Assembly: GCA_034659275.1 (NCBI GenBank)
Contig: JAYEGY010000029.1
Location: 1,018 to 65,017, forward strand
From: Bacteroidota bacterium
Lineage (GTDB): Bacteria; Bacteroidota; Bacteroidia; Bacteroidales; VadinHA17
Length of the DNA stretch: 64,000 nucleotides
Reading direction: 5' to 3'
In this document: positions 41,763 through 52,350 of the stretch, in pieces
Numbering within the stretch: the first letter of the stretch is position 1
Layout of the letters: each line of letters starts with the position of its first letter
The notes under the pieces: generated by a model
The model's database searches: none
The model's input: only the letters and a program-made list of their open reading frames with translations
What the model was told of the DNA's origin: nothing
Program-made: the position numbers and the translations under genes

Positions 41763-43217
41763 TTATCCCACTGATCCTTCCAGGCTTATCTGCAGTAGTT
41801 TCTGTGCCTCTACTGCAAATTCCATAGGTAACTTATTAAATACTTCTTTTGCATAGCCATTCACTATCAATCCTATAGCATCCTCCGTGCTTATCCCTCG
41901 CTGGTTACAATAAAATATCTGGTCCTCACCTATTTTTGAAGTGGTGGCCTCATGTTCCACTATGCCTGACCGGTTATCCACTTCAATATAAGGGAAGGTA
42001 TGAGCCCCGCATTTATCTCCCAGTAGCAGGGAGTCGCATTGTGAAAAGTTACGTGCATTTGAAGCATTCTTAAGCACCTTTACCAGTCCCCTGTAACTAT
42101 TCTGACTTTTGCCTGCCGATATGCCTTTTGATACGATGATGCTTTTAGTGTTTTTTCCCAAATGTATCATTTTCGTTCCCGTATCAGCCTGCTGGTAATT
42201 ATTTGTTACAGCCACCGAATAAAACTCAGCGCTTGAATTATCGCCTTTCAGAATGCTTGAGGGGTATTTCCATGTTATGGCTGATCCCGTTTCCACCTGA
42301 GCCCATGATAATTTCGAATTCTCCCCCCTGCAAATTCCACGCTTGGTAACAAAATTATACACTCCTCCTTTCCCGTTTTTATCGCCCGGGTACCAGTTTT
42401 GCACGGTTGAATATTTCACTTCGGCATTTTTCTCCACAATAATCTCAACAATAGCCGCATGTAACTGGTTTTCATCTCTCATAGGAGCCGTACATCCTTC
42501 CAGGTAACTTACATAACTGTCATCTTCAGCCACAATAAGGGTACGCTCAAACTGACCGGTATTAGCGGCATTGATTCTGAAATATGTCGATAGTTCCATC
42601 GGGCACCTCACTCCTTTCGGGATATAGCAGAATGACCCATCACTGAACACCGCACTGTTAAGGGCAGCAAAATAATTATCAGTATAGGGTACCACAGTGC
42701 CCATGTATTTTTTCACCAGGTCGGGATGTTCTCTTACCGCTTCACTGAATGAGCAAAAGATAATGCCCAGTTCGGCCAGTGTTTCCCTGAAGGTAGTTTT
42801 CACGGATATACTGTCCATCACAGCATCAACTGCCACTCCCGTCAGCTTTTTCTGTTCCTCAAGAGGTATTCCAAGCTTGTCAAAGGTTTCGAGTAACTCC
42901 GGGTCAACCTCATCGAGGCTCTTGAGGCTGGCTTTCTGCTTTGGTGCAGCGTAATATATTATATCCTGGTAATTTATCTCCGGTATCTTCAGGTGAGCCC
43001 ACCGGGGCATTTTTTTATCCTGCCACGTCTTATAGGCTTTAAGCCTGAATTCAAGCAACCATTCCGGTTCCTTCTTCTTTGACGATATCAGTTTGATAAC
43101 ATCTTCATTAAGACCTTTTTGTATGATTTCGGTATCAATATCGGTATAAAAACCATACTTATAATCTCCTGATGTTACATCGTTTAATATCTTATCCTTA
43201 TCCTTCTCTTTTTTCAT
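41763..43217 (-). CDS. sufB: Fe-S cluster assembly protein SufB
   Basis: [30 protein letters not shown]. Confidence 0.96.
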   Translation of the reverse strand: MKKEKDKDKILNDVTSGDYKYGFYTDIDTEIIQKGLNEDVIKLISSKKKEPEWLLEFRLKAYKTWQDKKMPRWAHLKIPEINYQDIIYYAAPKQKASLKSLDEVDPELLETFDKLGIPLEEQKKLTGVAVDAVMDSISVKTTFRETLAELGIIFCSFSEAVREHPDLVKKYMGTVVPYTDNYFAALNSAVFSDGSFCYIPKGVRCPMELSTYFRINAANTGQFERTLIVAEDDSYVSYLEGCTAPMRDENQLHAAIVEIIVEKNAEVKYSTVQNWYPGDKNGKGGVYNFVTKRGICRGENSKLSWAQVETGSAITWKYPSSILKGDNSSAEFYSVAVTNNYQQADTGTKMIHLGKNTKSIIVSKGISAGKSQNSYRGLVKVLKNASNARNFSQCDSLLLGDKCGAHTFPYIEVDNRSGIVEHEATTSKIGEDQIFYCNQRGISTEDAIGLIVNGYAKEVFNKLPMEFAVEAQKLLQISLEGSVG

Positions 43218-43357
43218 CTCCGCAGATCAAATTTAAACATAAATCCTTACAAGCTTAACAGTTATAATTTACTTATTGTTTCGTCAATCATAAGTAATCC
43301 AAATAAAACAAGGATAAAAATACTAATTTTTAACGGATTAAATCAGGCAGAGGCAAG

Positions 43358-43385
43358 TATGAGTTATGAGTTATGAGTTATGAGT
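43358..43385 (+). repeat. Heptamer tandem repeat (TATGAGT)x4
   Basis: Read directly in the sufB/yccF divergent intergenic region. Confidence 0.85.
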
Positions 43386-43435
43386 TAAGCAACCCATTCC
43401 AAAAATTATTATTTTAGTTGATTATTTGTAAAAAA

Positions 43436-43810
43436 ATGAAAATTCTTGGAAACATCGTCTGGCTATTGTTTGGAGGTATAATTATAGCTATTGAATACTT
43501 TATTGCCAGCGTAGCTCTTATGATTACTATTATAGGCATACCCTTTGCTATACAGACACTTAAGCTTGGGATCTTTGCCCTGTGGCCTTTCGGCTCTGAA
43601 GTCCGGACTGATATAAGAGCTTCCGGTTGCCTTTATATAATCATGAATATCCTCTGGCTATTATTGGGCGGACTTGCAATTGCAATTTCACATGCTTTTT
43701 TTGGACTCTTATTATGTATTACCATTATAGGCATTCCTTTTGGTATGCAACATTTCAAGCTTGCTGCCATAGCCCTTTCACCATTTGGGAGGGACATAAT
43801 AAGAAGCTGA
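43436..43810 (+). CDS. yccF: YccF domain inner membrane protein
   Basis: Duplicated N..W...GG / ITIIGIPF / ALWPFG halves. Confidence 0.9.
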   Translation: MKILGNIVWLLFGGIIIAIEYFIASVALMITIIGIPFAIQTLKLGIFALWPFGSEVRTDIRASGCLYIIMNILWLLLGGLAIAISHAFFGLLLCITIIGIPFGMQHFKLAAIALSPFGRDIIRS

Positions 43811-43985
43811 CGGTCCTGAACCATCAGGCAACAAAAAAGCCCGGGTCGATATAATTTTTCCAACATATTGTAAGTCATTCGTCAATAGAAGAGTCTATTT
43901 AATCAAAACAAAACCCGGTTGAACACTCTAATATATTGATCTATATTAATATAATTTGTATATTGCTTTATGTATTTATTGACAG

Positions 43986-44850
43986 GTGAAGACTTTAAAG
44001 CTTATATTGCCATTTTTGACTGTGCTGAGCCTTCAGTTATTTCCACAAAAAGAGGTTACAATCAGTGAGCCCGAACTATCATTTTATAACGATACCCTCG
44101 CAATAAGATTTGATATATTAAATTGCAGTGATGATGCCTTATTTACTGTAAACCCGCGTATTTTTACATCTGATGGCAGAATTATTCCCACTTCAAATAT
44201 AAGTGGTGATTTGGGAAAAAATATTAAGTGCGGAAGAAATAAGGAAATAATATGGAGCCTGGCTGAAGATGAGTTCCGCTTGAATGATGATATCCAGGTG
44301 CAGATAATTGCCGAGCGGATAAATGTGAATGTACAGGAACCTGAACAGAAGGATACTGCAAATATCCAGCCTCAAGCTTCTAAACTCCTCGAAGAAGTGA
44401 TCACTGACAAAGAGGAAAACATAAAAGAAAGAAATGACCGGCCGGTAAGCCCCCCATTAAGAACATACTCACGTGGCAATATAATAGCCTCTTCACTTTT
44501 TGCCCCGGGTCTGGGCCAGAGCAAAGTCAATAGTAAAAAAACCCTTTGATACTCAGTGTTCTTGGTTACGGCTGCCTGGCTGCTTCAGGTTATTTTATTC
44601 TAGATTCCAACAAAAAGTATGATCAATATCTTGAAGCTGACATAAAAGAAGAACGTGACAGGTTGTTCATTGATTCTGAGAAATCCTATATGCGGGCCCG
44701 ATATTTTGTATACGGAGCAGCAGGGGTGTGGGCCATAAACCTTATATGGTCTGCAGTTATACCTTATTCACGGCCCGATAATTTTACAGCCGGTGTGTCA
44801 GCAAATGACATTCACGGGATACAGCTATATGCAAAATGGACATTTAAAAG
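43986..44850 (+). pseudogene. Secreted hypothetical protein split by a frameshift in an A7 run
   Basis: ORFs 43986-44549 and 44546-44941; one extra A at about 44535-44541 joins ...PGLGQSKVNSKK to NPLILSVLGYG; natural end probably near ...LYAKWTF. Confidence 0.6.
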
Positions 44851-44858
44851 TATGGATC

Positions 44859-45989
44859 ATGAAAATATTTGCTGTGCGACTCACTTTAACACTGCTTATG
44901 ATTCTTTACTTCTCAGGAGCTTCCGGGCAAATTATAAGTAAGAAATCCTCCATACATATAAACAATATCCCGGAAAAGAAGAAGCCTCTTATAGAAATGC
45001 TTCTTCATCAGCCCGAAATGGAAGAGTCAAGCGTTTTTGTAACACCTGAATCATCCTTTGATCTTGCAGGAGAGGTACGCCCTTTTGACAGCTCTATGAT
45101 TGTTCACATCAATGACAGGCCTGAGCAAAACATGGACGGTAATTTTTTCTGGCATAAGATTGAACTTGAACCGGGTCGGAACAGCCTGATTATCGATATT
45201 TTAAGAGACGCTCAGATTGAAAAGAGGTATGATTATAACATTTATTATACTGCCCCCGTAACAAACCTTGCACAAGGAACACTCAATCCCGGCACTTACT
45301 ATGCACTTATTATTGGCATAAACGATTACCCTGCAATGGGTGAAGATCTTGAAAATGCCATCAGGGACGCAAGGGCAGTATATGATGTAGTTGCAGAAAG
45401 ATACACCTTTGAGAAAGAGAATATAAATCTCCTCTTGAATCCAGAAAGGGAAGATCTCTACATAGCTTTCGACAAACTATCCTCAGAAGTAACTGAGGAA
45501 GATAACCTGCTTATATTTTATGCAGGGCATGGCCTGTGGGAAGAAGACACGGGACTGGGTTACTGGCTGCCATCCGATGCCAGGAGGGAAAACAGGGCAG
45601 CATGGTTCCCAAACAGCTCCCTGGTTGATTACCTCAAAGCAATTAAATCAAAACATACCCTCCTGATTTCAGATGCTTGCTTTGCAGGTTCCATTTTTAA
45701 AGTACACCGTAGTATTAACGATGCCCCGGCGGGTATAGAAGAACTTTATAATCTTCCCAGCAGAAAAGCTATTACCAGCGGTACACTGAAAGAGGTGCCT
45801 GATCATAGTGTATTTATAGAGTACCTGCTCGACAGGCTCAGGGGTAATCAAGATAAATACCTGCCCTCGGAAAGCCTCTATAGCAGGATTCGTGTAGCCG
45901 TCGAGAATAACAGCCCCACGGTGCCGCGCACAGGGGTTATACAGGGTGTAGGGGATGAAGGGGGTGATTTTATTTTTATTCTGAAATAA
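44859..45989 (+). CDS. Secreted caspase-family (peptidase C14) protein with N-terminal Ig-like region
   Basis: YALIIGINDY, FYAGHG (His), SDACFAG (Cys), GGDFIF; signal peptide. Confidence 0.85.
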   Translation: MKIFAVRLTLTLLMILYFSGASGQIISKKSSIHINNIPEKKKPLIEMLLHQPEMEESSVFVTPESSFDLAGEVRPFDSSMIVHINDRPEQNMDGNFFWHKIELEPGRNSLIIDILRDAQIEKRYDYNIYYTAPVTNLAQGTLNPGTYYALIIGINDYPAMGEDLENAIRDARAVYDVVAERYTFEKENINLLLNPEREDLYIAFDKLSSEVTEEDNLLIFYAGHGLWEEDTGLGYWLPSDARRENRAAWFPNSSLVDYLKAIKSKHTLLISDACFAGSIFKVHRSINDAPAGIEELYNLPSRKAITSGTLKEVPDHSVFIEYLLDRLRGNQDKYLPSESLYSRIRVAVENNSPTVPRTGVIQGVGDEGGDFIFILK

Positions 45990-45999
45990 ATCTCGGAAG

Positions 46000-47901
46000 A
46001 TGAAGAAAGCATTTTCTCCATATTTAATTGGCCTCGTAGCAATAGCGATTGCCTTATCCCTGGGCGAGTGTAAGAAGCCTGTGAGGGTGGTTAAATTAAC
46101 AACCCTGGATGTCGATCCCCAGGAGATAAATCATGATGGCGTAATTATCAAAGGGGAGATCATTGATCACGGAGAGACTCCAATACAGAACCATGGTATT
46201 GCTATCAGTAATACCGTTCAGTCATCAGGCAATTTCACAGAACTTTCACTTGGGAAAACCAGCAGTGAGGGTGTATTCCAGGTTGTTTATGAAAATCCTG
46301 CACCAGACATACAATATCAATACAAGGCTTTTGCAACTGATGGTTCGGTAATAGTGTACGGTAATACCAAAACATTTAGGTCCCTCCCCCTTACAGTGCC
46401 CGAAGTAATACTCTATCCGGCTGAAAATATTACTTCAAAAACAGCCACTTTAACGGCCAACGTTGCAAGTGACGGGGGCGCAGAGGTTGTTGAAAGAGGT
46501 TTTTGCTACAGCACATTGGTTAACCCTGACCTGAATGATAAGGTTGTTATTAACGATCAGGGTGGTACCGGTGAATTCACTGAAGAAATAATAGACCTTG
46601 AACCGGGCAGTACTTATTATGTCAGGGCCTTTGCTAATAACTCTCAAGGAACATCTTACAGTAATGAAATAGAATTCATTGCTGCTGAAATCCCAACAAT
46701 AGAAACCTATGCACCTGAAAACATTACATCTACCACTGCAATTTTAATTGGCAATGTAATAAATGAAGGAGGCGTCGAGGTGGTTGAACGGGGCTTTTGC
46801 TATAGCACTTCACCAGATGTGGACATGAGTGATAATGTTGTTCTGAATGAGGAGGGTGGACCGGGTGAATTCATGAACGAGGTAAGCGATTTAAATTCGG
46901 CCACTGAATATTATGTAAAGGCGTATGCCATCAATAGTGTGGGGATAGCCTATGGAATTGAAAAATCATTTATCACCGGAGATCCTGCTGCAGTAGAAAC
47001 ACATCCACCGAAAAGTTTAACGGTATACAGCGTTATAATAAATGGAGAAATTATCAGTGATGGTGGCAGTCCTATTACCAATAAAGGTATTTGCTGGTCA
47101 ACAGGCACTACTCCAACTATAGATGGAGACCATAGCGACGAAGGATCCGGAACAGAACCATTCTCGACCCGGATCACAGCTCTCTCACCATCAACAACAT
47201 ACTATGTCAGGGCATATGTAACAAATGCTTTCGACACTTATTACGGAAACCAAATCAGTTTCACCGTTCCTGATCCTTCAACCTTCGTTTACAGCATTGT
47301 CGGTGCGGCATATCCCGGTGGCAACTGGGAAACTGATTATGACTTCACATACCTGGCTAACAGTAATTATGTGTATAGTTATGAAATACCCTCGCTGGAG
47401 CTTCTGCAAGGTGGTCATTTTAAGATCAGGAAAGATCATGACTGGGAAATTCAATACGGGGCTAATAATCTTACTATACCATGTAATTCTTTTACCACCA
47501 GGATATACGATTTTGAAGCTGAAATCTCAGTAGAAAAAGGCACTACTTTCAGGATACAGCTCGACATTGACTGGGTAAGTGATATCAAGACCCTCCACTT
47601 TGAACGCCTGTCACCTGAAGTTTATACAGGGATTGCATATTCCATAACCAATGAATCAGCGAAATGTGAAGGTGAAGTGTCTGACCATGGTGCCTCACCT
47701 GTAATCGAGAGGGGAATCTGTTACAGCACCGATGAGTTACCTACAGTCGATGATAATAAGGTAACTGAAGGATCCGGATTGGGTCTCTTCATAGTTGTCC
47801 TTGACAATTTAGTACCTAATACGACCTATTATTACAGGGCTTTTGCCATCAATGACGAGGGTATATCATATGGGGAAGAATTAAGTTTCACCACTCAGTA
47901 A
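46000..47901 (+). CDS. Surface lipoprotein with about five fibronectin-III-like repeats and a SusE/F-like module
   Basis: Repeats of GG..V.ERG.CYST...L.P.T.YYVRA.A.N..G..YG; IVGAAYPGGNW...FKIR...W segment. Confidence 0.8.
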   Translation: MKKAFSPYLIGLVAIAIALSLGECKKPVRVVKLTTLDVDPQEINHDGVIIKGEIIDHGETPIQNHGIAISNTVQSSGNFTELSLGKTSSEGVFQVVYENPAPDIQYQYKAFATDGSVIVYGNTKTFRSLPLTVPEVILYPAENITSKTATLTANVASDGGAEVVERGFCYSTLVNPDLNDKVVINDQGGTGEFTEEIIDLEPGSTYYVRAFANNSQGTSYSNEIEFIAAEIPTIETYAPENITSTTAILIGNVINEGGVEVVERGFCYSTSPDVDMSDNVVLNEEGGPGEFMNEVSDLNSATEYYVKAYAINSVGIAYGIEKSFITGDPAAVETHPPKSLTVYSVIINGEIISDGGSPITNKGICWSTGTTPTIDGDHSDEGSGTEPFSTRITALSPSTTYYVRAYVTNAFDTYYGNQISFTVPDPSTFVYSIVGAAYPGGNWETDYDFTYLANSNYVYSYEIPSLELLQGGHFKIRKDHDWEIQYGANNLTIPCNSFTTRIYDFEAEISVEKGTTFRIQLDIDWVSDIKTLHFERLSPEVYTGIAYSITNESAKCEGEVSDHGASPVIERGICYSTDELPTVDDNKVTEGSGLGLFIVVLDNLVPNTTYYYRAFAINDEGISYGEELSFTTQ

Positions 47902-47922
47902 TAGTTAATAGCTTCGCAGCAT

Positions 47923-48918
47923 TCACTCTTCAAAAGGGGGTCTTTCCCAGCCCTGGGCTTTCATCTCGGCCAGGCTGCCGTCCTGGAGGACAAGGCTGTT
48001 GCCTTCTTCCCGGGGAACCAGATGACCTATTATACTTATTCCTTCTATCTTTTCCAGTTTTTCATGCTCCTTTACAGGGCATGTAAACACAAACTCAAAA
48101 TCATCACCCCCGTTAAGTGCGGCAATCAGCGGTTCAAAGCCCAGCTCTTTACCTGCCGATGCTGAATCCTTGTCTATGGGTATTTTATCATGGTAAATCC
48201 TGCAACCCAGGCCAACGGTCTTTGAAATATGAAGCAGTTCAGAGGCCAGCCCGTCCCTCACCGTCCTGATAATCCCCGGTTTAATATCATTTTTGGCAAG
48301 CTCATCAAGCTGTACCGTTTTCAATTCAGGCTTAAGCTGTCTTCCGATAACATATTCAAAGCCTTCCAGTTTGGGTTGGGCACCCCCTGTTTCCTCGAAC
48401 ACCTTTCGCTCACGCTCAAGCAATTGCAAGCCCAGGTAAGCAGCACCCAGGTCACCTGTAACACATATAAGATCTGTTGCCTCAGGCACCTTCCTTTCAA
48501 AAGCTTCAGCCTCTTTGCCCCATGAGGCTATACTTATTGACAGTCCTGTCAGCGAGCTGCTTACGTCAAGCGATGATATTTTTAAAGAATGGCGGTCGCA
48601 TGCCAGGCATACACCCTCTATTATTTCCTCAATATCTTCCTTCTTAAAACGCACACTCACCCCCATATTTACAGAAACAGCCTGAGGTTTTTTACCCCTG
48701 CAATAAAGATCGGAAATAGAATTAATAACCGACTTATAGCCAAGATGCTTAAGCGGGAAATACATAAGGTTGAAATGAATACCCTCGAGGTAAAGAGTGT
48801 TTGTTATATTATTCGATGAAAGGCTGTCATCAAAAAAGGCTTTGAATTTTTTTCGCAAGCTGTCAATCAGCGCAAATTTTCCAAAACCCTGTTCACCGGA
48901 TTGTTCCTTCTCTGACAT
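47923..48918 (-). CDS. thiL: ThiL (thiamine-phosphate kinase)-like protein, apparently catalytically degenerate
   Basis: EGIHF..PLKHLGYK, DLICVTGDLGAAYLGLQLLERE, KAQGW; several Mg-binding Asp motifs absent. Confidence 0.8.
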   Translation of the reverse strand: MSEKEQSGEQGFGKFALIDSLRKKFKAFFDDSLSSNNITNTLYLEGIHFNLMYFPLKHLGYKSVINSISDLYCRGKKPQAVSVNMGVSVRFKKEDIEEIIEGVCLACDRHSLKISSLDVSSSLTGLSISIASWGKEAEAFERKVPEATDLICVTGDLGAAYLGLQLLERERKVFEETGGAQPKLEGFEYVIGRQLKPELKTVQLDELAKNDIKPGIIRTVRDGLASELLHISKTVGLGCRIYHDKIPIDKDSASAGKELGFEPLIAALNGGDDFEFVFTCPVKEHEKLEKIEGISIIGHLVPREEGNSLVLQDGSLAEMKAQGWERPPFEE

Positions 48919-48979
48919 AATTATTTGATTTGATATAAAGGTACGATAATAATAGGTTTGAAAGGTTTGAAAACAATAA

Positions 48980-49759
48980 CTACTTTATTGCCCTTTTCAG
49001 GATACCCCTTTGTGATTTAGAGATAAAGTCAATAATATACTTTAATTCGTCAGTAGGCTCAAAATTATCCTTCAGGTATTGCAGAGCCTGGCTTATATTC
49101 CTGCCGCTGAAATACATAACCTTATATATCTCTTCCAGTTCATCAATTTTTTCCTGGGAAAAACCCCTTCTTTTCAGGCCTATTTTATTAACGCCCACAA
49201 AACCAACCGGATCATTATTTATTATGGCATAAGGTGGTATATCTTTCCTGAACATTGCACCGCCACTTATCATGGCATGTGCTCCCACCCTGCAGAACTG
49301 GTGGGCTGCCGATCCGCCTCCCATAATGGCATAATCATCAATATGCACCTCACCGCCAAGAAGTACATTATTTACAAGGATACAATTATCACCTATTATA
49401 CAATCATGTGCCACATGCGAATTTGCCATCATCAGACAGTTATTTCCCATTATTGTCTTGCCAAGGGCCACCGTGCCACGGTTAATGGTAGCGCCCTCTC
49501 TGAAGGTGCAGTTATCACCAATTTCCGTAGTTGTTATCTCGCCGGCAAATTTCATGTCCTGGGGTATGGCTGAAATTACTGCCCCCGGGAAAATTTTGCA
49601 GTTTTTACCGATACGGGCACCATTGAGAACAGTGGCATTGGGCCCTACCCAGCTACCATCTTCTATAATAACATCACCTGCTATATAGGAAAAGGGCTCA
49701 ACAGCAACATTTGCCCCGAGTGTGGCATCCGGATGTATAAAAGCCTGATCTGAAATCAT
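48980..49759 (-). CDS. lpxA: UDP-N-acetylglucosamine acyltransferase
   Basis: Hexapeptide repeats, PQDMKF, HVAHDC, HQF, GLKRRGF. Confidence 0.94.
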   Translation of the reverse strand: MISDQAFIHPDATLGANVAVEPFSYIAGDVIIEDGSWVGPNATVLNGARIGKNCKIFPGAVISAIPQDMKFAGEITTTEIGDNCTFREGATINRGTVALGKTIMGNNCLMMANSHVAHDCIIGDNCILVNNVLLGGEVHIDDYAIMGGGSAAHQFCRVGAHAMISGGAMFRKDIPPYAIINNDPVGFVGVNKIGLKRRGFSQEKIDELEEIYKVMYFSGRNISQALQYLKDNFEPTDELKYIIDFISKSQRGILKRAIK

Positions 49760-51159
49760 TATTTATTATTTTTTACAACCTGGGCAACCATTTCTCCTTC
49801 AACAACCAGTTTATTGCCAACATAAATATGGCCGTACATAGATACAATCCCCCGTCGTGGAGGTTCTGACATATTCAGTTTAATAATAAGTGTATCCCCC
49901 GGTACAACTTTCTGCTTAAATTTAACTTTGTCAATCTTGAGGAAATACGTTGACCAATTTTCCGGGTCCTCAACATCCCCAAGGACGAGCATCCCTCCTA
50001 CCTGTGCCATTGATTCAACAAGTAATACTCCGGGCATAACAGGTTCTTCGGGGAAATGACCCTGGAAGAAAAACTCATTAAATGTAACATTCTTTATTCC
50101 CACGACCGAACTCTCGTCCTTATGTATAACCTTATCCACCATAAGAAAAGGGTATCGGTGAGGCAGCCTTCTCTTAACTTCCTCGATATCATATATAGGC
50201 TCTGCAGTTGGATCATACACAGGAATATCTTTTTTGATAGCTGCTTTTTTTATTTCCTGCCTTACCAGCCTGGCCAGGTTGGTATTTGCCAGGTGGCCCG
50301 GCCTGGTAGCAACAATCTTACCCTTTATATGCTGGCCTGCAAGGGCCATATCACCGAGCAGATCAAGTAGTTTATGACGCGCGGGTTCATTGGGGTAACG
50401 AAGAGCCGTATTATTTAATATACCTTCTTTGTGAGCAGTAATGTTTGGTTTATTAAACAATCTGGCAATGCGGTCAATTTCAGACTGGGGTACTTCTTTC
50501 TCCAATATGACTATGGCATTATCAAGATCCCCTCCTTTTATCCTTCCTGCCTTGAAAAGAGGTTCAAGCTCATGGAAGAAAACAAATGTCCTGCTTTTTG
50601 ATATCTCTTCCGCAAAATCATCCTTGTTATTAAGTACCGCATACTGGTTACCCAGTATTTTTGAATTGTAGTCAATAAGCACATTTATACTGAGGTGATC
50701 ATCCGGATATATTATAAGATCAACTCCGTGTTCTTCATCCGAGTAGACTATTTTTTCCTTTACTTCGAAATACTTCCTGAGCGATTTCTGCTCAACTATC
50801 CCCGCTTCTATTATCGCTTCTGTAAACTTCATGGCACTGCCACCCATTATAGGTGCCTCCGGTCCATCAATCTCAACAAGTACATTATCGAGGTTCATAC
50901 CATAAAAAGATGCAAGCACATGTTCAATAGTGGCAACTGATGCACCATTTTCAGATAGGGTTGTCCCCCTGCTGGTATCCGTTACATTTTCAGCCAGGGC
51001 ACGAATAAGAGGTTTATCTGGCAGATCAACCCTGCAAAATTTGTAACCATGGTCTACAGGAGCAGGTTTAAAGGTAATCGTCACATCAATACCTGAATGC
51101 AATCCTTTGCCTTTCATGCTTATTTCCCTGGCAAGAGTTCTCTGGTTCTTTATACTCAT
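49759..51159 (-). CDS. lpxC: Bifunctional LpxC deacetylase / FabZ dehydratase
   Basis: GKGLHSG, TIEH, RHKLLD (LpxC); LPHRYPFL, GHFP..PVMPGVL (FabZ). Confidence 0.95.
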   Translation of the reverse strand: MSIKNQRTLAREISMKGKGLHSGIDVTITFKPAPVDHGYKFCRVDLPDKPLIRALAENVTDTSRGTTLSENGASVATIEHVLASFYGMNLDNVLVEIDGPEAPIMGGSAMKFTEAIIEAGIVEQKSLRKYFEVKEKIVYSDEEHGVDLIIYPDDHLSINVLIDYNSKILGNQYAVLNNKDDFAEEISKSRTFVFFHELEPLFKAGRIKGGDLDNAIVILEKEVPQSEIDRIARLFNKPNITAHKEGILNNTALRYPNEPARHKLLDLLGDMALAGQHIKGKIVATRPGHLANTNLARLVRQEIKKAAIKKDIPVYDPTAEPIYDIEEVKRRLPHRYPFLMVDKVIHKDESSVVGIKNVTFNEFFFQGHFPEEPVMPGVLLVESMAQVGGMLVLGDVEDPENWSTYFLKIDKVKFKQKVVPGDTLIIKLNMSEPPRRGIVSMYGHIYVGNKLVVEGEMVAQVVKNNK

Positions 51160-51279
51160 CAAATTATGGCTTTAATAGAATTAATATGGCTGCAAAGAAA
51201 TAAAAAATATTTCGAACGTACTATAAAAACCCATGCTAACATGGTTGCTATCAAACATATTCGTTTGGAACGTATCTGA

Positions 51280-52317
51280 TTATCTGTTTTTTATCTCTCT
51301 GATATCCTCCTCCATTTTTTCAACTTTCTGTTTTAGTTCAGGGAGTCTTCTGAATATTATATGTGAGAGCTGGGCTTTCCTGTATTCAAAAGCCGGAGAG
51401 CCGTAAACAGTAGTGTTTTCCTTTAAAATATGGGAATTGATACCTGCCTGGGCAGCAGCCTTTGTTCCCCGGGCAATATTAACATGGCCGGTTATACCTA
51501 CCTGGCCTCCAAACATGCAGTTTTTGCCTATCTTAGTCGATCCCGCTATGCCTGTTTGCCCGGCCATTACCGTATTTTCACCCACCTCCACATTATGCCC
51601 TATCTGTATGAGATTATCCAGCTTAACGCCCTTTCTTATTATTGTGGATCCCATAGTCGCACGATCAATCACCACATTGGCTCCTATCTCCACATTGTCT
51701 TCAAGAACGACATTACCTAGCTGTGGTATTTTCTTATAGTTCTGATCAGATTGAGGGGCAAAACCAAATCCGTCACTGCCGATTACCGAACCTGCATGTA
51801 TATTGCAATTTTTCCCTATAATACACTCATGGTAAACCGTAACGCCGGGATAAATTACCGTACCTTCCCCTATCTTGCAATGATCCCCGATACTGACATT
51901 CTGATAAACGGAACAACGGTCACCCACTACCACATTTTCACCTATATAAGCCATGGGGCCAATATAAGCATCAGCACCTATTATGGCTGAATCTTCAATC
52001 ACAGCCCTGGGATGGACACCCTTTTTCTTTGGCTTTGATTGTTCATATAAAGTCAACAAGCTTGCGAAAGCCTCATATGCATTATCAACCCTTATCATTG
52101 TTGCATTAACCGGGGCAGATGGTTTAAAATCCCTGTTGACTATTACAATTGAAGAACCGGTGGTGTAGATGTATTTCTCATAGTTCATATTGGAAAGAAA
52201 AGAAAGGGTGCCCTCGTGACCTTCTTCAATTTTAGCCACCGAGTCCACAATCACTCCCGGGTCTCCCTCAACATCTCCGTTCAGGTATCTGGCAATCTTT
52301 TGTGCTGTAAATTTCAT
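51280..52317 (-). CDS. lpxD: UDP-3-O-acylglucosamine N-acyltransferase
   Basis: [29 protein letters not shown]. Confidence 0.95.
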   Translation of the reverse strand: MKFTAQKIARYLNGDVEGDPGVIVDSVAKIEEGHEGTLSFLSNMNYEKYIYTTGSSIVIVNRDFKPSAPVNATMIRVDNAYEAFASLLTLYEQSKPKKKGVHPRAVIEDSAIIGADAYIGPMAYIGENVVVGDRCSVYQNVSIGDHCKIGEGTVIYPGVTVYHECIIGKNCNIHAGSVIGSDGFGFAPQSDQNYKKIPQLGNVVLEDNVEIGANVVIDRATMGSTIIRKGVKLDNLIQIGHNVEVGENTVMAGQTGIAGSTKIGKNCMFGGQVGITGHVNIARGTKAAAQAGINSHILKENTTVYGSPAFEYRKAQLSHIIFRRLPELKQKVEKMEEDIREIKNR

Positions 52318-52350
52318 TTTATATAAATTTTTTCAACGTGGTAATTCCGT

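Noticed and set aside
46380-47900. Repeated ~290-bp units as a possible CRISPR or DNA repeat array
   Set aside because: These are diverged in-frame protein domain repeats, not identical repeats with spacers
49759-51159. lpxC-fabZ fusion as a novelty
   Set aside because: A well-known, standard arrangement in Bacteroidota
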